Part shown: one piece after another, positions 63,592 through 64,000 of the stretch
How the letters are laid out: the number at the start of each line of letters is the position of its first letter
Numbering within the stretch: the stretch's first letter is position 1
Assembly: GCA_963740315.1 (NCBI GenBank)
Contig: CAVUDP010000003.1
Span: forward strand, 64,001-128,000
Reading direction: 5' to 3'
Source of the DNA: an uncultured cyanobacterium
GTDB lineage: Bacteria > Cyanobacteriota > Cyanobacteriia > Cyanobacteriales > Nostocaceae
DNA: 64,000 nucleotides
Position numbers and translations under genes: made by a program
Notes under the pieces: generated by a model
What the model saw: the letters and a program-made list of their open reading frames with translations, nothing else
What the model was told of the DNA's origin: nothing
Database searches by the model: none

Positions 63592-64000
63592 GTGATTCAA
63601 TCTCTGCCAATTGGTATTACTTTATTTGCGATCGCTGCGATCGTAATTGGCTTGGTGGGTACCAAGATGTGTAAGGTTGCTGACCAATTAGCGGATGCTA
63701 CTGGTTGGGGAGAAGCTATAGTTGGTGCTGTTTTTCTGGGTGGTAGCACTTCTTTAGCGGGGATTGTCACTTCTGTAACTGCTGCTTTCGGTGGTCATGC
63801 GGAATTGGCTGTTAGTAATGCACTTGGAGGTATCGCCGCACAAACTGCATTTTTAGCAGTTGCCGATATCTTTTATCGCAAAGCTAACTTGGAACACGCT
63901 GCTGCTTCGATCGCAAATCTGACACAGGGAACTTTGCTGATGACTTTTTTGGCTATTCCCTTGCTTGCGACTTCTACTCCACAAGTTAGTTTTTGGGGAA
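63592..64000 (+). CDS. Sodium:calcium antiporter (CaCA/YrbG-like), truncated by window end
   Basis: GTG start; AD.LA..TGWGEA.VG..FLG..TSL alpha-repeat, LAVSNALGG. Confidence 0.8.
   Translation, partial: MIQSLPIGITLFAIAAIVIGLVGTKMCKVADQLADATGWGEAIVGAVFLGGSTSLAGIVTSVTAAFGGHAELAVSNALGGIAAQTAFLAVADIFYRKANLEHAAASIANLTQGTLLMTFLAIPLLATSTPQVSFWG

Overview
Chromosomal window from a filamentous (Nostocales-like) cyanobacterium: frequent HIP1 GCGATCGC, STRR heptamer repeats, psbQ, psbX, psbV, petE, ccsB, accC, ycf66, tRNA-Leu(GAG), tRNA-Glu(TTC). Three accessory blocks sit among housekeeping genes. (1) ~4-15 kb: an NspV-like type II R-M pair, a garbled AT-rich stretch, a fragmented giant TSP3/LVIVD/Ig/PPC surface-protein gene and a disrupted PEP-CTERM vanadium haloperoxidase. 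(2) 26.5-33.2 kb: a translation-stress/RNA-repair cluster (Nudix, AAA ATPase, RNA ligase, extra L7/L12, HNH) beside a TrcR-like RHH repressor; the same RTANTAC operator units overlap four predicted promoter regions, and there is a candidate sRNA and a leader-ORF attenuator. (3) 51.3-62.9 kb: an apparent insertion between two photolyase-like halves. It contains a TIR-GUN4 gene plus a second GUN4 3' cassette with a different variable segment, both followed by the same ~160-bp non-coding repeat, which abuts an unannotated, indel-ridden HUH/Y1 (RAYT-like) transposase. This is a candidate C-terminal diversification system. The block also holds HigBA, a DUF6888/DUF6887 pair between REP direct repeats and a calmodulin-Erv1/ALR fusion. 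Patches at 7.15-10.8 kb, 13.7 kb and 54.1-55.0 kb look like low-quality consensus, so pseudogene calls there are tentative. All family names come from by-eye motif recognition; no searches were run.
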